Assembly: GCF_003790525.1 (NCBI RefSeq)
Contig: NZ_CP033636.1
DNA: 64,000 nucleotides
From: Escherichia coli
GTDB lineage: Bacteria; Pseudomonadota; Gammaproteobacteria; Enterobacterales; Enterobacteriaceae
Reading direction: 5' to 3' (one strand)
Shown here: piece by piece, positions 11,549 to 21,202 of the stretch
Numbering within the stretch: the stretch's first letter is position 1
Layout of the letters: each line of letters starts with the position of its first letter
The notes under the pieces: generated by a model
Told to the model about the DNA's origin: nothing
What the model saw: only the letters and a program-made list of their open reading frames with translations
Database searches by the model: none
Position numbers and translations under genes: made by a program

Positions 11549-11641
11549 TTCTGTTCACTCTTTATTGATTTAGTCAGTTAAGCCGGTCAGGTAACTTTAA
11601 CCGGCTACTCGTATTAAGATTTCTTTCCGGTTGCTTGTCAG

Positions 11642-12466
11642 TTAGCGGCGAAGATCAATTTCAAGGCGGGCTGTTTTGACCTTTGTTCCGGACTCCCTAA
11701 ATGTATCATCCGGAAGAGGCGAAATTTGTCCGCCAAGTTGTTTGACTCGCTCCCTGAGCGCTTTTGTCAGTGTGTCTTCCCGGAACAATACCCCAGCTGA
11801 CAGAATGGCCTGTAAGCGACCTCGCTTAGCGAGCATTGCGATGGCATGCATGACATGTTTAACGTCAGAGCGTTTAAGGAATGGTGGATTCATAACGATA
11901 ACATCAAAAGTTTCATCGGGCTGGTACCCAAGAAAGTCGGTATGCACCAGCTCGGCCCCTGTGCTAAGGACACTATCGTTCTTCACTGCAAGGAATCGCT
12001 CATCGTTCAATTCGATCCCGGTAATCAATGCATCCGGAGCCGCCAGTTTTAAGGCTTTCAGAATGCGGCCATCACCAAACTCAGGCTCCAGAACACGTTC
12101 CCCGGCAGCTGGTTCAGCGCGTAGAACCATATCTGTGACTAAATTCTCAGGGGTAGGGAAGAAATTGAACAAATCACGTGGGATGTCGACCGAACCTGTC
12201 AGAATGATTTGCTCGATACGCTCAGCTGCATCCGCCGTAAAAATATGTGCCTGCTCTTTTCGGTTCCATTTGCCACCGGCAGCTTCCAGCACTTTGTTTG
12301 TCTTAACATAAATGCTGCGGTCGAGCTGGTCGGCCAGGAAAAGAAAGTTCCCTTCAGCACGGCAGCGAGATAAGACGTTCAGAACTTCAGTTGAGATTTG
12401 CATTAAAACTCCATTAAGAGGATTTACCCGCCTGGCGGCAGCGGGTTGGTTACTTAAACAGGACAA
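11642..12466 (-). CDS. N6-adenine DNA methyltransferase-like (SAM-dependent)
   Basis: 274-aa ORF with a glycine-rich SAM motif (LEPEFGDG) followed by catalytic NPPF (DVIVMNPPF). Confidence 0.65.
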   Translation of the reverse strand: MSCLSNQPAAARRVNPLNGVLMQISTEVLNVLSRCRAEGNFLFLADQLDRSIYVKTNKVLEAAGGKWNRKEQAHIFTADAAERIEQIILTGSVDIPRDLFNFFPTPENLVTDMVLRAEPAAGERVLEPEFGDGRILKALKLAAPDALITGIELNDERFLAVKNDSVLSTGAELVHTDFLGYQPDETFDVIVMNPPFLKRSDVKHVMHAIAMLAKRGRLQAILSAGVLFREDTLTKALRERVKQLGGQISPLPDDTFRESGTKVKTARLEIDLRR

Positions 12467-12483
12467 TTCAGATTTGGCCTTGG

Positions 12484-13248
12484 TTAGTCGGCAGACAACA
12501 GCAGGGATGGGCTGTTATAAGCGAAGCGGTCAACGGGAGCCTTCTCAAATCGCTGACCGCTTGCATCAGGGGTCAGAACGAGTCCGTTATGGGCGCAATG
12601 AATGTGGAGCAACATATCCCCGCCGGTGTTGATGTGTAAGGCAGGCACACCCTGATCGATTTCGAACATGACACCAAAACAGGGGTTACCTTCCTTGTTA
12701 ACAACTTCACAGTGGATGTTATGTTGGCCGGTAACGCTGACCTGATAGGCCTGACTGTCCTCTTCTCTCAGTGTTTCCTCCTCCAGGCGCCAGTCCTGAA
12801 GTGTGAGGCTAATTTCAGGGGTATCATGCTCCTTCTGAAGAGCCTGGATACCTTTACGGAACAGCTGCATCATTTCATGAGTAAGGCAGTCTTCCTCAGC
12901 TCCAAAATGTTCTTTCCAGCCTTCAGGATCTGCATACATCCAGACGTTTTTAGCGAGCGAAGGTAAGGAAGCATCAGGCTCTACAAGGAGGTGAGGGATG
13001 CTCTCTTTGATTCCGAGATAACGTACTGGCTGGCCGTTAAGCGGTAACCCATCCGGCACTGTAACTTCAGCTCCTGGCAAGACGACGCTGTTTACCAGAC
13101 CTCCACAATGTTCTGCCACCACCCGGCCTAAATCTGCCATAAACATCCGATGCTTTTCTGGTGAGTCCAGCTCACCAAGGAGTTCAGGTTTAAGCAGTAA
13201 ACCGGTAATAATCTCAGTCAGTTCACGAGGAGATACTAATTTATACAT
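12484..13248 (-). CDS. hypothetical protein, first gene of minus-strand cluster
   Basis: 254-aa ORF; RBS-like aaaggaaaa upstream of the start; 17-bp gap to the methyltransferase gene. Confidence 0.5.
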   Translation of the reverse strand: MYKLVSPRELTEIITGLLLKPELLGELDSPEKHRMFMADLGRVVAEHCGGLVNSVVLPGAEVTVPDGLPLNGQPVRYLGIKESIPHLLVEPDASLPSLAKNVWMYADPEGWKEHFGAEEDCLTHEMMQLFRKGIQALQKEHDTPEISLTLQDWRLEEETLREEDSQAYQVSVTGQHNIHCEVVNKEGNPCFGVMFEIDQGVPALHINTGGDMLLHIHCAHNGLVLTPDASGQRFEKAPVDRFAYNSPSLLLSAD

Positions 13249-13275
13249 TTTGTTTTCCTTTTCTGTGTTGGCTTT

Positions 13276-13311
13276 ATATTAACAATCCAGATGCACGAGC
13301 TAATAACCTCC
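13276..13311 (-). promoter_or_regulatory. island promoter module, minus-strand copy
   Basis: reverse complement reads GGAGGTTATTAGC-N19-TAATAT, positioned upstream of the 13248 start. Confidence 0.45.
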
Positions 13312-13808
13312 AGACAACTTTTTCAAAAATTATATACTTAAAGCAGGGGCTAATATGCGCAAGAAATGAATTTAGGAAGGATGGCTTCAAATTTAACTTT
13401 TTGGTTTTTTATTTTAGACGGACTTTAAAATAGCATCGCTGGTAAAATAATAAACATGGTTTATTTTTTGTTTGTATTGACAATCAAATGGGTAAAAATT
13501 AATTTACTTACATGGCGTATATTTAATGCCACCGTCCCGGCGGCACCGGGCATAAAAGGAAAACCATCTTGAAACCAATGCTCAAAAAAGATTTTTTTTC
13601 AGCTATTGAAAACCTTCTCAAAGCTGGCTTTCAACCTCGCTTTTACACTGTTAACAGTGGACGAATCGGTCTCATTACATTCACTGATAAAAATGGAACA
13701 AAACAGGTCCCGCCGGGCAGAAAAGAAAAACATTAAAATTAGCTATTTTCCCGAAAAGATCTCGAACACTGAAAAAGTATCATGGGGAACCTGATCAGGA
13801 GACAACCC

Positions 13809-16199
13809 ATGAAAATCAAACTAGCCCTGCTTATTGCATTTGCAGGTTTCAGCGCAGGAGCTTCCGCTGAAATCGCAGAATTCAGCTTTAAAGATACCCT
13901 GAACGTTAAAAAGACCGTATCGCCTGCATCCGTATGGATTAATCCGGTAACGAGCTTTGACGTTGCCGTTATTTCCGGTCTGGACCGTTATATTACGCTC
14001 AGTCTGCTGAAAAGTGACGGGAGCCTCATCTGGAGCACGAAAAGCAGCCTGGTTACCGTAGATGACCGTACCACATCTTCGACAGGCTTTGATTATTACG
14101 GCAAGACTCTGACCGTACCAGCGATGGGAGAAGATAGCTTCACCCTCAGAGAGGTGATTACCGACTTGCAAGGGAAGGAGGTCTCCCGGCAGGATTACCC
14201 GCTTGCAATTGACCGAACGCCTCCGGCAACGGGTACCATAAGTTATACGAGAAACGGGTGGAACTTTGGCAGCGAAGCGATCTTCACTTCAGTACCAGCC
14301 GGTATGCAGTACGCCAGCGTCCAGGCACTGGTCTTTAATGGACTGAGTGATAAAGGTTCCGGGCTTGCTAATGCTGAATATTTCATAACCGATGCCGCTG
14401 GAGTGGAGCGTAAAAAGCCAGCGGAAATTAATACAGTGGAAGGTAGCGTAACCGTTCAAGTCGCCGACGCAAGCAGCAATGCCCTGGCACCGGAAAACCG
14501 CTCTGAATATAAAGTGGGGATCTACCTTTATGACAAAGCGGGAAACAGGATCGAACTAAGCCGCCGAAGCGTAATTGATCGGGTTAAGCCTGACGATATC
14601 ATCCAGGTGCAGGACGCCACTACCGGATCATGGGTCACTTATCAGTCTGGCATGACCGTCTTCCAGAACCCTATTTCCGTACGGGTATTAAGGAAAAAAA
14701 GTGACTTTACTGCTGTTAACGGTTCCAAATATGGCTGGGCGGACTCGAATTTCCAGACGTCCGATAGCACTTATAATATTTATACTTTCAAATACATATA
14801 TCCCAATGTGGGGGATACTTATCATGAATTCCAGACTCTGGCAGGAGGAGTAAGACGAATTCATCATAACTCCCTCAACTTCACTCCAGCCCCGGCGATG
14901 GAAATAGCCCCGAAGATAGTGGCTAAAGAGATGTACCGGAGTGATACCAGTGAGTGGTTAACTCAGGCCTCAATCAGCGTTAAAACCGCCACCATTAGCC
15001 GCATAAAGGTAACCGCTGAACCCCGACCATACGTGCAAAAGTTCAGAACGGTAAAAAATGCAGCCTGGTTCTGCACTATACCTATCGGACAAAGTTCATG
15101 CGAGATGACGGTTAACTTCAACTACACCAGTGACAAAGGATTTGAGTATCTGCACCTTTACTCGGGAAAAGATGGTGACAGCATATTCGATGCGCTTGCT
15201 GGTAATTTTACGGTTATCTGGGATAACAACCCACCGGTGGTTAATGTCGCTCAGGTAAACAAGGCCTCCAAGACAATCACTATGACGGCCACCGATAATG
15301 ATCGCGTCAACGCCTGGAACATCAGCTACTGGGATACCAAAGTTTTCGAAGCCACCCTTAAAAATGCCCGGGGGGAACCTTTCACGCTGAAGCCTGTGAC
15401 CGTCAGTGAAAGCGATTATAAAACCAAAAACGCCACCTTCTCATACGCTGGTCTACCGGACGGGGATTATACGGTGGTTAGCGTCTCTGCCACGGATCTT
15501 GTTGGAAACACCGGAACCAAAACGCTTAATGCACCGCTGAAAATTGACTCAACGCTTCCGGTTATCGCGTTCAGTTTTAATGGCGCAGACGCAGAAGGAA
15601 AACTGGTTAAAGGGCTTGAGAACCTTCGCATAAGCGTTACTGATGCCTCTGGGGATGCTTCCCTGACATCGCTTCAGCTCGCTGGTGGACCTAACTCTGA
15701 AAAGGTCACCCTGGCATTCACGCCGTTATCCAAGGATGTCTTTATTCCGGAATACCCCAGAATCTTCCCCAACACTGACGAATCGGGACAGATGTATCAT
15801 CTGGAGGCACTGGCTATTGACGAATCAGGTAACCGGACCACTAAAACGCTTAATTTTACCTACCAGCCTGCGAATCTGATTATGCTGGATAATCTCAAGA
15901 CGCTGGCCACAGCCGTAGCACTGAAAGCAACGGACAACACGCCGCTGGCCATCATCCGAACCAGTGTGTTGCGGCGTCAGGACGGTTCTATCATTACCGG
16001 ACAGTTAAACGGAACCCTGACTGTTCAGAAAAATGCCCAGTTCGGCGTTACGGTTGCCGGAGTTACGGTCCAGCCTGGTGAAACTAAATCGCTGTCACTG
16101 GATCTTGGTAATGGTGAAGAGCGCACGTATCCCGTTACTCCCGCTGTAAGTGGTCAATCTGGCACGGCCACATTTGCTATAGAATTCCCTCAAACATAA
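13809..16199 (+). CDS. secreted large Ig-like-domain protein, paralog C
   Basis: ORF 13782..16199; likely start at MKIKLALLIAFAGFSAGASA (13809); motifs IDRTPP and IDSTLPVIA; C-terminal block FTYQPANLIMLDNLKTL...TVQKNAQFG shared with paralogs. Confidence 0.6.
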   Translation: MKIKLALLIAFAGFSAGASAEIAEFSFKDTLNVKKTVSPASVWINPVTSFDVAVISGLDRYITLSLLKSDGSLIWSTKSSLVTVDDRTTSSTGFDYYGKTLTVPAMGEDSFTLREVITDLQGKEVSRQDYPLAIDRTPPATGTISYTRNGWNFGSEAIFTSVPAGMQYASVQALVFNGLSDKGSGLANAEYFITDAAGVERKKPAEINTVEGSVTVQVADASSNALAPENRSEYKVGIYLYDKAGNRIELSRRSVIDRVKPDDIIQVQDATTGSWVTYQSGMTVFQNPISVRVLRKKSDFTAVNGSKYGWADSNFQTSDSTYNIYTFKYIYPNVGDTYHEFQTLAGGVRRIHHNSLNFTPAPAMEIAPKIVAKEMYRSDTSEWLTQASISVKTATISRIKVTAEPRPYVQKFRTVKNAAWFCTIPIGQSSCEMTVNFNYTSDKGFEYLHLYSGKDGDSIFDALAGNFTVIWDNNPPVVNVAQVNKASKTITMTATDNDRVNAWNISYWDTKVFEATLKNARGEPFTLKPVTVSESDYKTKNATFSYAGLPDGDYTVVSVSATDLVGNTGTKTLNAPLKIDSTLPVIAFSFNGADAEGKLVKGLENLRISVTDASGDASLTSLQLAGGPNSEKVTLAFTPLSKDVFIPEYPRIFPNTDESGQMYHLEALAIDESGNRTTKTLNFTYQPANLIMLDNLKTLATAVALKATDNTPLAIIRTSVLRRQDGSIITGQLNGTLTVQKNAQFGVTVAGVTVQPGETKSLSLDLGNGEERTYPVTPAVSGQSGTATFAIEFPQT

Positions 16200-16567
16200 G
16201 CTCTTCAGAAGGGTGCGGTAGTATGCCGTACCCTGTTACGCCATCCTCAATGTAATATGTAGAGTTGAGCATGACTTAATTATTACTTTCTCATTAAGTG
16301 GCTCTTAAATTGCAAACGGGAAAGTAATATTCCCGAGACGGGAAGGACGCCTTCCTTTTGGTTTTAATCTATGATGCTAAACCGTTTAATCACTCCGGAA
16401 CAATGCCCGCGTTTAAATGGCTGGCACCAGTACATGATTTATCCATGAATGCTTTTTGATGCACTTTTACTTCAGAATGCTCTTAATTTTTTAAACAAAA
16501 TTATATTTGAATCCTTCGTGTATAAATTTGCAGACCCTCTCTCAATGTTTTTTTAAAATATTTACTC

Positions 16568-16603
16568 TCAGGTTATTAGCCAGTAGATTCATTCTGTCAT
16601 GAT
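16568..16603 (+). promoter_or_regulatory. island promoter module copy
   Basis: tcaggttattagcc then 19 bp then catgat, about 30 bp upstream of the 16634 start. Confidence 0.45.
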
Positions 16604-16633
16604 TACTCCAGAACTAACCGGAGGAATCACATT

Positions 16634-17104
16634 ATGACCAAATATTATGATCGCAGTGGAATTGAAATCTCCAGCGCAAAAATCCGCTGTGTTGATTCTG
16701 TAAAAGGTACTGCGGAATATACTTTTCGTATTCTTTGCGATAAATGCAATGGTCGGGGAGAGCGTAAGCATTTTTATAGAAGTCGCTGTATGGCTTGTAA
16801 AGCCACGGGTTACAGCCTCGAAACGACCCGCACTGCTTACACGCTGAATGCGCTGTACCGCATTAATGCTCAAGCTGCCCGCAAAGTGTCAGCATCCTTG
16901 CAAAACGAGCGTTTGAGGACTGAAAACGCCCACAACTCTGCGTTCAATGCATGGTGCAGATCTCATCAAAAAATGGTTGATGCAATCACCCAGCAATCCA
17001 GCAGTAATAATTTTCTGGAAAGCCTTAAGTCTTCTTTAACCCACCAGCGTCAGTTAAGTGATAAGCAGCTGGCAGTCGCCGCCCGCATTTTAGGGATTCA
17101 TTAA
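16634..17104 (+). CDS. hypothetical protein with CxxC...CxxC zinc-ribbon-like motif
   Basis: 156-aa ORF with RBS ggagg; CDKCNGRG...CMACKATG cysteine pairs; immediately upstream of the HigB-like gene. Confidence 0.5.
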   Translation: MTKYYDRSGIEISSAKIRCVDSVKGTAEYTFRILCDKCNGRGERKHFYRSRCMACKATGYSLETTRTAYTLNALYRINAQAARKVSASLQNERLRTENAHNSAFNAWCRSHQKMVDAITQQSSSNNFLESLKSSLTHQRQLSDKQLAVAARILGIH

Positions 17105-17153
17105 TTCAAAGCCCTTTTAATTTAATTTTAAGGTCAATTATTACGGAGGAACT

Positions 17154-17450
17154 ATGATCCATTCATTTAAAGACAGACGGCTTGAAAAGTTCTTCCGTAA
17201 TGGAAAAACAACGGCAGGTATTCCTTCTGAAATTATTAACGCGATTCTGTGTCGACTCGAAACGCTGGATAATGTCCAGAGTGAGCGGGAGTTATTATCC
17301 AACAGCTTGCGTTATGAACGCTTAAGAATGACGTCAAACCGTTATTCCTCCATTCGAGTAAACTCTAAGTATCGATTATTCTTTGAATGGAATGATGGCG
17401 CACATAATGTCCATTTGTCAGCACATGACTATAAATCGCTCATCCATTAA
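17154..17450 (+). CDS. higB: HigB-like toxin (RelE/ParE superfamily, killer-protein family)
   Basis: 98-aa ORF; MIHSFKDRRLEKFF...SIRVNSKYRLFFEWNDG...HDYKSLIH matches the HigB pattern MIxSFK...L..F...R...RL.F...D.....DYH. Confidence 0.55.
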   Translation: MIHSFKDRRLEKFFRNGKTTAGIPSEIINAILCRLETLDNVQSERELLSNSLRYERLRMTSNRYSSIRVNSKYRLFFEWNDGAHNVHLSAHDYKSLIH

Positions 17451-17692
17451 GGTTAAAAATGAAGCTATTTTCAATTTCATCCCGGGATACAAGCATGGAC
17501 GCGATGTTTTATATCCAGGCCAGTACTAAACAATAGGCAAGTTACATATTTAGTACCCTTTCCCCGAAGCCTACTGCGAACTGCCAGCTTACAGATTTGC
17601 AGAATGAGACGGTCGTCCCTTCCATAAGCCCTATTTCGCTTTCACTTAACCCCTGGTCGATCAATTCCCAGTCCCGAACCCGGGAATTGAGT

Positions 17693-18640
17693 ATGGCCAC
17701 GCATGGTCTTAACCTGATCTGTGCAGTCACGGATGAGCATACCCGTCAGATAGTAGACTTTTGCGATAACCTTGGACAGCAGCTTAAGGATCCGGACGAC
17801 AAAAGCGCCTGGGTTAAGCTCATTAATTCTGAATGCGCATTGCTTAATTCTCCGCGTTTATATCCCGTTCTGCTGGAGCCGGAGACACCGGCACAATTTG
17901 AAATCTTTGTGCCAGCTCCGGAAGATGGCGATCACGACACGGTTATAGCCAGCGTTGTTGAAGAATGTTTCGGAGATGAATGCCGGTACAGAGCAACGGA
18001 CAAAGCTTTTGCAATGTCGGAAAAGCCAATCATCAGGCTGGAAGCACATTTCAATGACAAACGGGAAAAGGTTTTAGAACTGACCTTTTCCAGTTTCAAC
18101 CTTTCACTTTCTGCGTCCGTGTATGAACACCAGCTACGTCAGATTTTATTACTTTGCGAAGATTTTGGCGTAAGGCTTCAGGGTAGAGCCGGGGCATCCT
18201 GCCACATCAATATGCGCAGCGCTTACCGTCGTCTTGCACATGTCGGCACCGGCTCTCGCCCAGGTGATGGGAGTGATGTGCGGGGCTATACCTCATCTAA
18301 AGAGCAAAAAGATGTTAAGGGGCTGCTCGATAAGTCAACCAGGGGAAGTGAGCTTGTACCGGCGAGGCACGGGCAGCAGTTTAACGGTGTCTTAGTGAAT
18401 GCCACACCCGCACCGGCCACGACGGGTTTTATATACCTGTCGCATGATTTTCCGGAAGGCCAGTTTATGATGACAGCCGAGGTGTTGCATGTTGGAATAA
18501 CACCGGGCGGGATCTACTACATTGAAACACTGGACGGATACCGGTTTATCGTTACAGCGTTTGAAAAGGGATTAATGAACGGTTTAAGGGAGTTTTTGGC
18601 TGTAAATGAGGACTACTTTAAGTATTACCGCTGGTCTTAG
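17693..18640 (+). CDS. hypothetical protein downstream of HigB-like gene
   Basis: ORF 17597..18640; an internal Met at 17693 is a plausible start; no HTH antitoxin signature seen. Confidence 0.4.
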   Translation: MATHGLNLICAVTDEHTRQIVDFCDNLGQQLKDPDDKSAWVKLINSECALLNSPRLYPVLLEPETPAQFEIFVPAPEDGDHDTVIASVVEECFGDECRYRATDKAFAMSEKPIIRLEAHFNDKREKVLELTFSSFNLSLSASVYEHQLRQILLLCEDFGVRLQGRAGASCHINMRSAYRRLAHVGTGSRPGDGSDVRGYTSSKEQKDVKGLLDKSTRGSELVPARHGQQFNGVLVNATPAPATTGFIYLSHDFPEGQFMMTAEVLHVGITPGGIYYIETLDGYRFIVTAFEKGLMNGLREFLAVNEDYFKYYRWS

Positions 18641-18866
18641 CGTCTGACCTGAAACCGGTAGGCCAGGGAAGGCAACCGGGAAAATGCAATTTAACCTGAT
18701 CCTCTCCCTACCACTACCTTTACCCACGTATAATAGCCCGACCAAATTATAATGCCCGATCACCGCATTGGCTGAAACCACACATATTCTTCTTAGGCCT
18801 CGCCTGATGAACTTCGACCACAAGACAAAGGAACGTAACTAATAAATAAAATTTATGAGCTGCACA

Positions 18867-18877
18867 AAAGTTACTTT
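18867..18877. repeat. AAAGTWACTTT palindrome copy
   Basis: exact aaagttacttt, 120 bp upstream of a promoter module. Confidence 0.6.
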
Positions 18878-18986
18878 TCCATAATGGCGCTTCACTTACA
18901 TTGTGGTTTCATAATCATTGTTGGTATTTAAAAAGGATGTGTTCAATCTTAAATAAAAGGCGGTGTTTTTTTTCTGAAAATTTGCT

Positions 18987-19023
18987 GGGAGGTTATTAGC
19001 TGGGGGTTGGGTAACAGTATAAT
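18987..19023 (+). promoter_or_regulatory. island promoter module copy
   Basis: gggaggttattagc then 19 bp then tataat, upstream of the 19048 start. Confidence 0.5.
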
Positions 19024-19047
19024 AAGTACAGATGAAAAGGAGGTTTT

Positions 19048-19425
19048 ATGAAAACGTTAGACGTGATTTCAACTCAACTCAACTTTAATAATCTGCTGAA
19101 TCAGGCAGGATATAATCTTTCAGAAATTGTTGTTAAACGCTACAGCGCTGCACCCGCCTTTAACGAAGGGCACTGGTTGTTCATTGCAGAGCAGGATAAT
19201 CGCTACATTGAAGTGGTCAGTCTTCTTTCAAAGGCATCAGAAAGCGGAGAGCAGCATGTCGATATCTTTATCAATATGTTCGAAGATCCGATTGATGACA
19301 TTATCTCACGAAACATTGAACCCAAAACATTTGCGACACTTTATAAATACATTGAACGTATACCTTTTACACCGGACGTAAAAAAAGAATTCTTGAGCAG
19401 TATTGAGACTATTAATTTTAGTTAA
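19048..19425 (+). CDS. hypothetical protein
   Basis: 125-aa ORF with RBS aaaaggagg. Confidence 0.5.
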   Translation: MKTLDVISTQLNFNNLLNQAGYNLSEIVVKRYSAAPAFNEGHWLFIAEQDNRYIEVVSLLSKASESGEQHVDIFINMFEDPIDDIISRNIEPKTFATLYKYIERIPFTPDVKKEFLSSIETINFS

Positions 19426-19451
19426 CTAAAAATTACAGATTTTCTTTCACC

Positions 19452-19489
19452 AAGTTATTAGGTAATGATATCGACCTGGTATCATTACC
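19452..19489 (+). promoter_or_regulatory. island promoter module variant with embedded inverted repeat
   Basis: caagttattagg then 19 bp then tatcat; the spacer contains a perfect 10-bp inverted repeat ggtaatgata / tatcattacc. Confidence 0.45.
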
Positions 19490-19519
19490 GTATCATGAAT
19501 ATGGACGGGGACGGGTAAA

Positions 19520-19948
19520 ATGCCTAATAATACTGAAGTCATTAGCTGCGACTTATTTTCAATTCTTTCCTCACTTAATTTTAGTGTTGAGGATATTACA
19601 GGGCTAACTCCGGCCAAATTCAGAAAGGGGGCTTTCTTGCATGCAAAAATATCTGCAAGCCAGGCCACGCGAGCAGCTGATATTTCCCTTCAATTACTCA
19701 CGGATCGTGTTTCAGGTGAAATGAACTACGTAATAGTAATTGGCAGGCACGAAGGGCTCCTGCAAAGCGAAGCAATTGACCCAAACGCTGATAAGCAGTA
19801 CCGGGAAAACCGTCATTCTCGCCATTTTATCCCAGTAACCGATGCCAATACCAAAGCCCTGAAAAAAACCTGCAAGGTAATGAAAACATATATCAAAGAG
19901 CAGGCATTTAAGCCTAACACCTGGGGGCACAATTTCATTAAGGGTTGA
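19520..19948 (+). CDS. hypothetical protein
   Basis: 142-aa ORF; a GC hairpin (ttgccccgg tgaa ccggggcaa) follows at about 19953-19974. Confidence 0.45.
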   Translation: MPNNTEVISCDLFSILSSLNFSVEDITGLTPAKFRKGAFLHAKISASQATRAADISLQLLTDRVSGEMNYVIVIGRHEGLLQSEAIDPNADKQYRENRHSRHFIPVTDANTKALKKTCKVMKTYIKEQAFKPNTWGHNFIKG

Positions 19949-20012
19949 TTTATTCTTGCCCCGGTGAACCGGGGCAACGCTAAATTAACCTCAACCTGAG
20001 CTGGAGGCACAA

Positions 20013-20270
20013 ATGTCTGAAAAACACTTTATCGTAAAGATCCAGAACCGTAACGGCGACCATGAGAAAAGCTATGTTCGTATACTCGTCAGCGATTGTG
20101 AGAAAAATGCTTGCCAGACGGCACTGATTTCCGAGTGTGCTGGCGAGGTTGAACAGCTGAGTTTTGAAGACGGTGGGGTTTATGACTACAACGGCGAAAA
20201 TCACTACAGTGTCAGGAGCTGCGTGGAGGTTGCCCCTGAAGATGTTGCAACTTTGCAACGCTACCTTTAA
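20013..20270 (+). CDS. hypothetical small protein
   Basis: 85-aa ORF with RBS ctggagg. Confidence 0.45.
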   Translation: MSEKHFIVKIQNRNGDHEKSYVRILVSDCEKNACQTALISECAGEVEQLSFEDGGVYDYNGENHYSVRSCVEVAPEDVATLQRYL

Positions 20271-20413
20271 CACCTGCGGCATTAAAAAAAATATCGGGTG
20301 TCTGTTACAGGATGCCGCTGTTTTAAACGATGCCTCAAAGATCGCTATCGCTCCTGATGCCTTCATTAAGAGCGGGTTTGTGGTAGGTTCAGCGTAACAA
20401 AACTACTGGAATT

Positions 20414-21034
20414 TTGGTTGCCTCGATGAAGAGCTGCTTTTCTGATTTACCCGTTAAAGACGGCAAGTCCGGAACTTGGAAACTGGACACTTTCGAAATT
20501 ACCACAGATAAGGCGCTGACCCTCGCCCTTCGTGCCGAGTGTACTGGTAATACAGATGAGTTTATCCCGCCCGGTAGATATCGCCGCTTGTCCAACGGCT
20601 GGGATGTGGTGATGTCCAATACCCCGATGGAGATCCGAACCTGCCAGGATTTTATAGAGCGAGCCACCGGGCGGGTGCTCATTAATGGTCTTGGTCTTGG
20701 TATGGTGCTCCACGCCATTCTTCAGAAAGACGATGTAACCCATGTCACGGTAATCGAAAAAGAACAGGATGTTATTAACCTCGTTGCAGCCTCGTTTGCA
20801 ACCGATCTTCGCGTTGAAATTATTAATGCTGATGCAATGGAGTATTGTCCACCAGCTGGCGTTACGTACAACGCTTGCTGGCATGACATATGGACAGACT
20901 TCGCAACAGCTAATCTCGCACAGATGGATAAGCTGGAAAGTAAGTACCGGGACATCTGTGACTGGCAGGGATCGTGGGGCAGGGAGGAGTGTGAGCAAAA
21001 GCTCATTGAGTTCCAGAATCTTGAGGCTGATTAA
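20414..21034 (+). CDS. possible small SAM-dependent methyltransferase-fold protein
   Basis: 206-aa ORF; glycine-rich VLINGLGLGM followed by an acidic strand (VTVIEKE), resembling methyltransferase motif I; weak. Confidence 0.3.
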   Translation: MVASMKSCFSDLPVKDGKSGTWKLDTFEITTDKALTLALRAECTGNTDEFIPPGRYRRLSNGWDVVMSNTPMEIRTCQDFIERATGRVLINGLGLGMVLHAILQKDDVTHVTVIEKEQDVINLVAASFATDLRVEIINADAMEYCPPAGVTYNACWHDIWTDFATANLAQMDKLESKYRDICDWQGSWGREECEQKLIEFQNLEAD

Positions 21035-21202
21035 TCCAACTTGCGAAGGTGTCTCCGCTAAAGGAGCCCGGCTCGCTCTGTGCAAGCCCAGCTGTGCTGC
21101 ATGATTTGGCAAAGTCTTCAACAAACCAGATCGGTCTGATTTAGTAATCTCACTTCCAACCATCAGGCCGATATAATAACTGTATCCCCATTAGGATGGC
21201 TG

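Noticed and set aside
11676-12311. 211-aa plus-strand ORF
   Set aside because: Lies entirely antisense to the methyltransferase gene, which has clear catalytic motifs; Ser/Arg-rich composition typical of a shadow frame.
17450-17596. Short ORF (about 24 codons) directly after the HigB-like gene as a possible HigA
   Set aside because: Too short and with no helix-turn-helix signature; not reported as a gene.
20447-21163. 238-aa minus-strand ORF
   Set aside because: Antisense to the plus-strand 20414..21034 gene in a region where all supported genes are plus-strand; no RBS.
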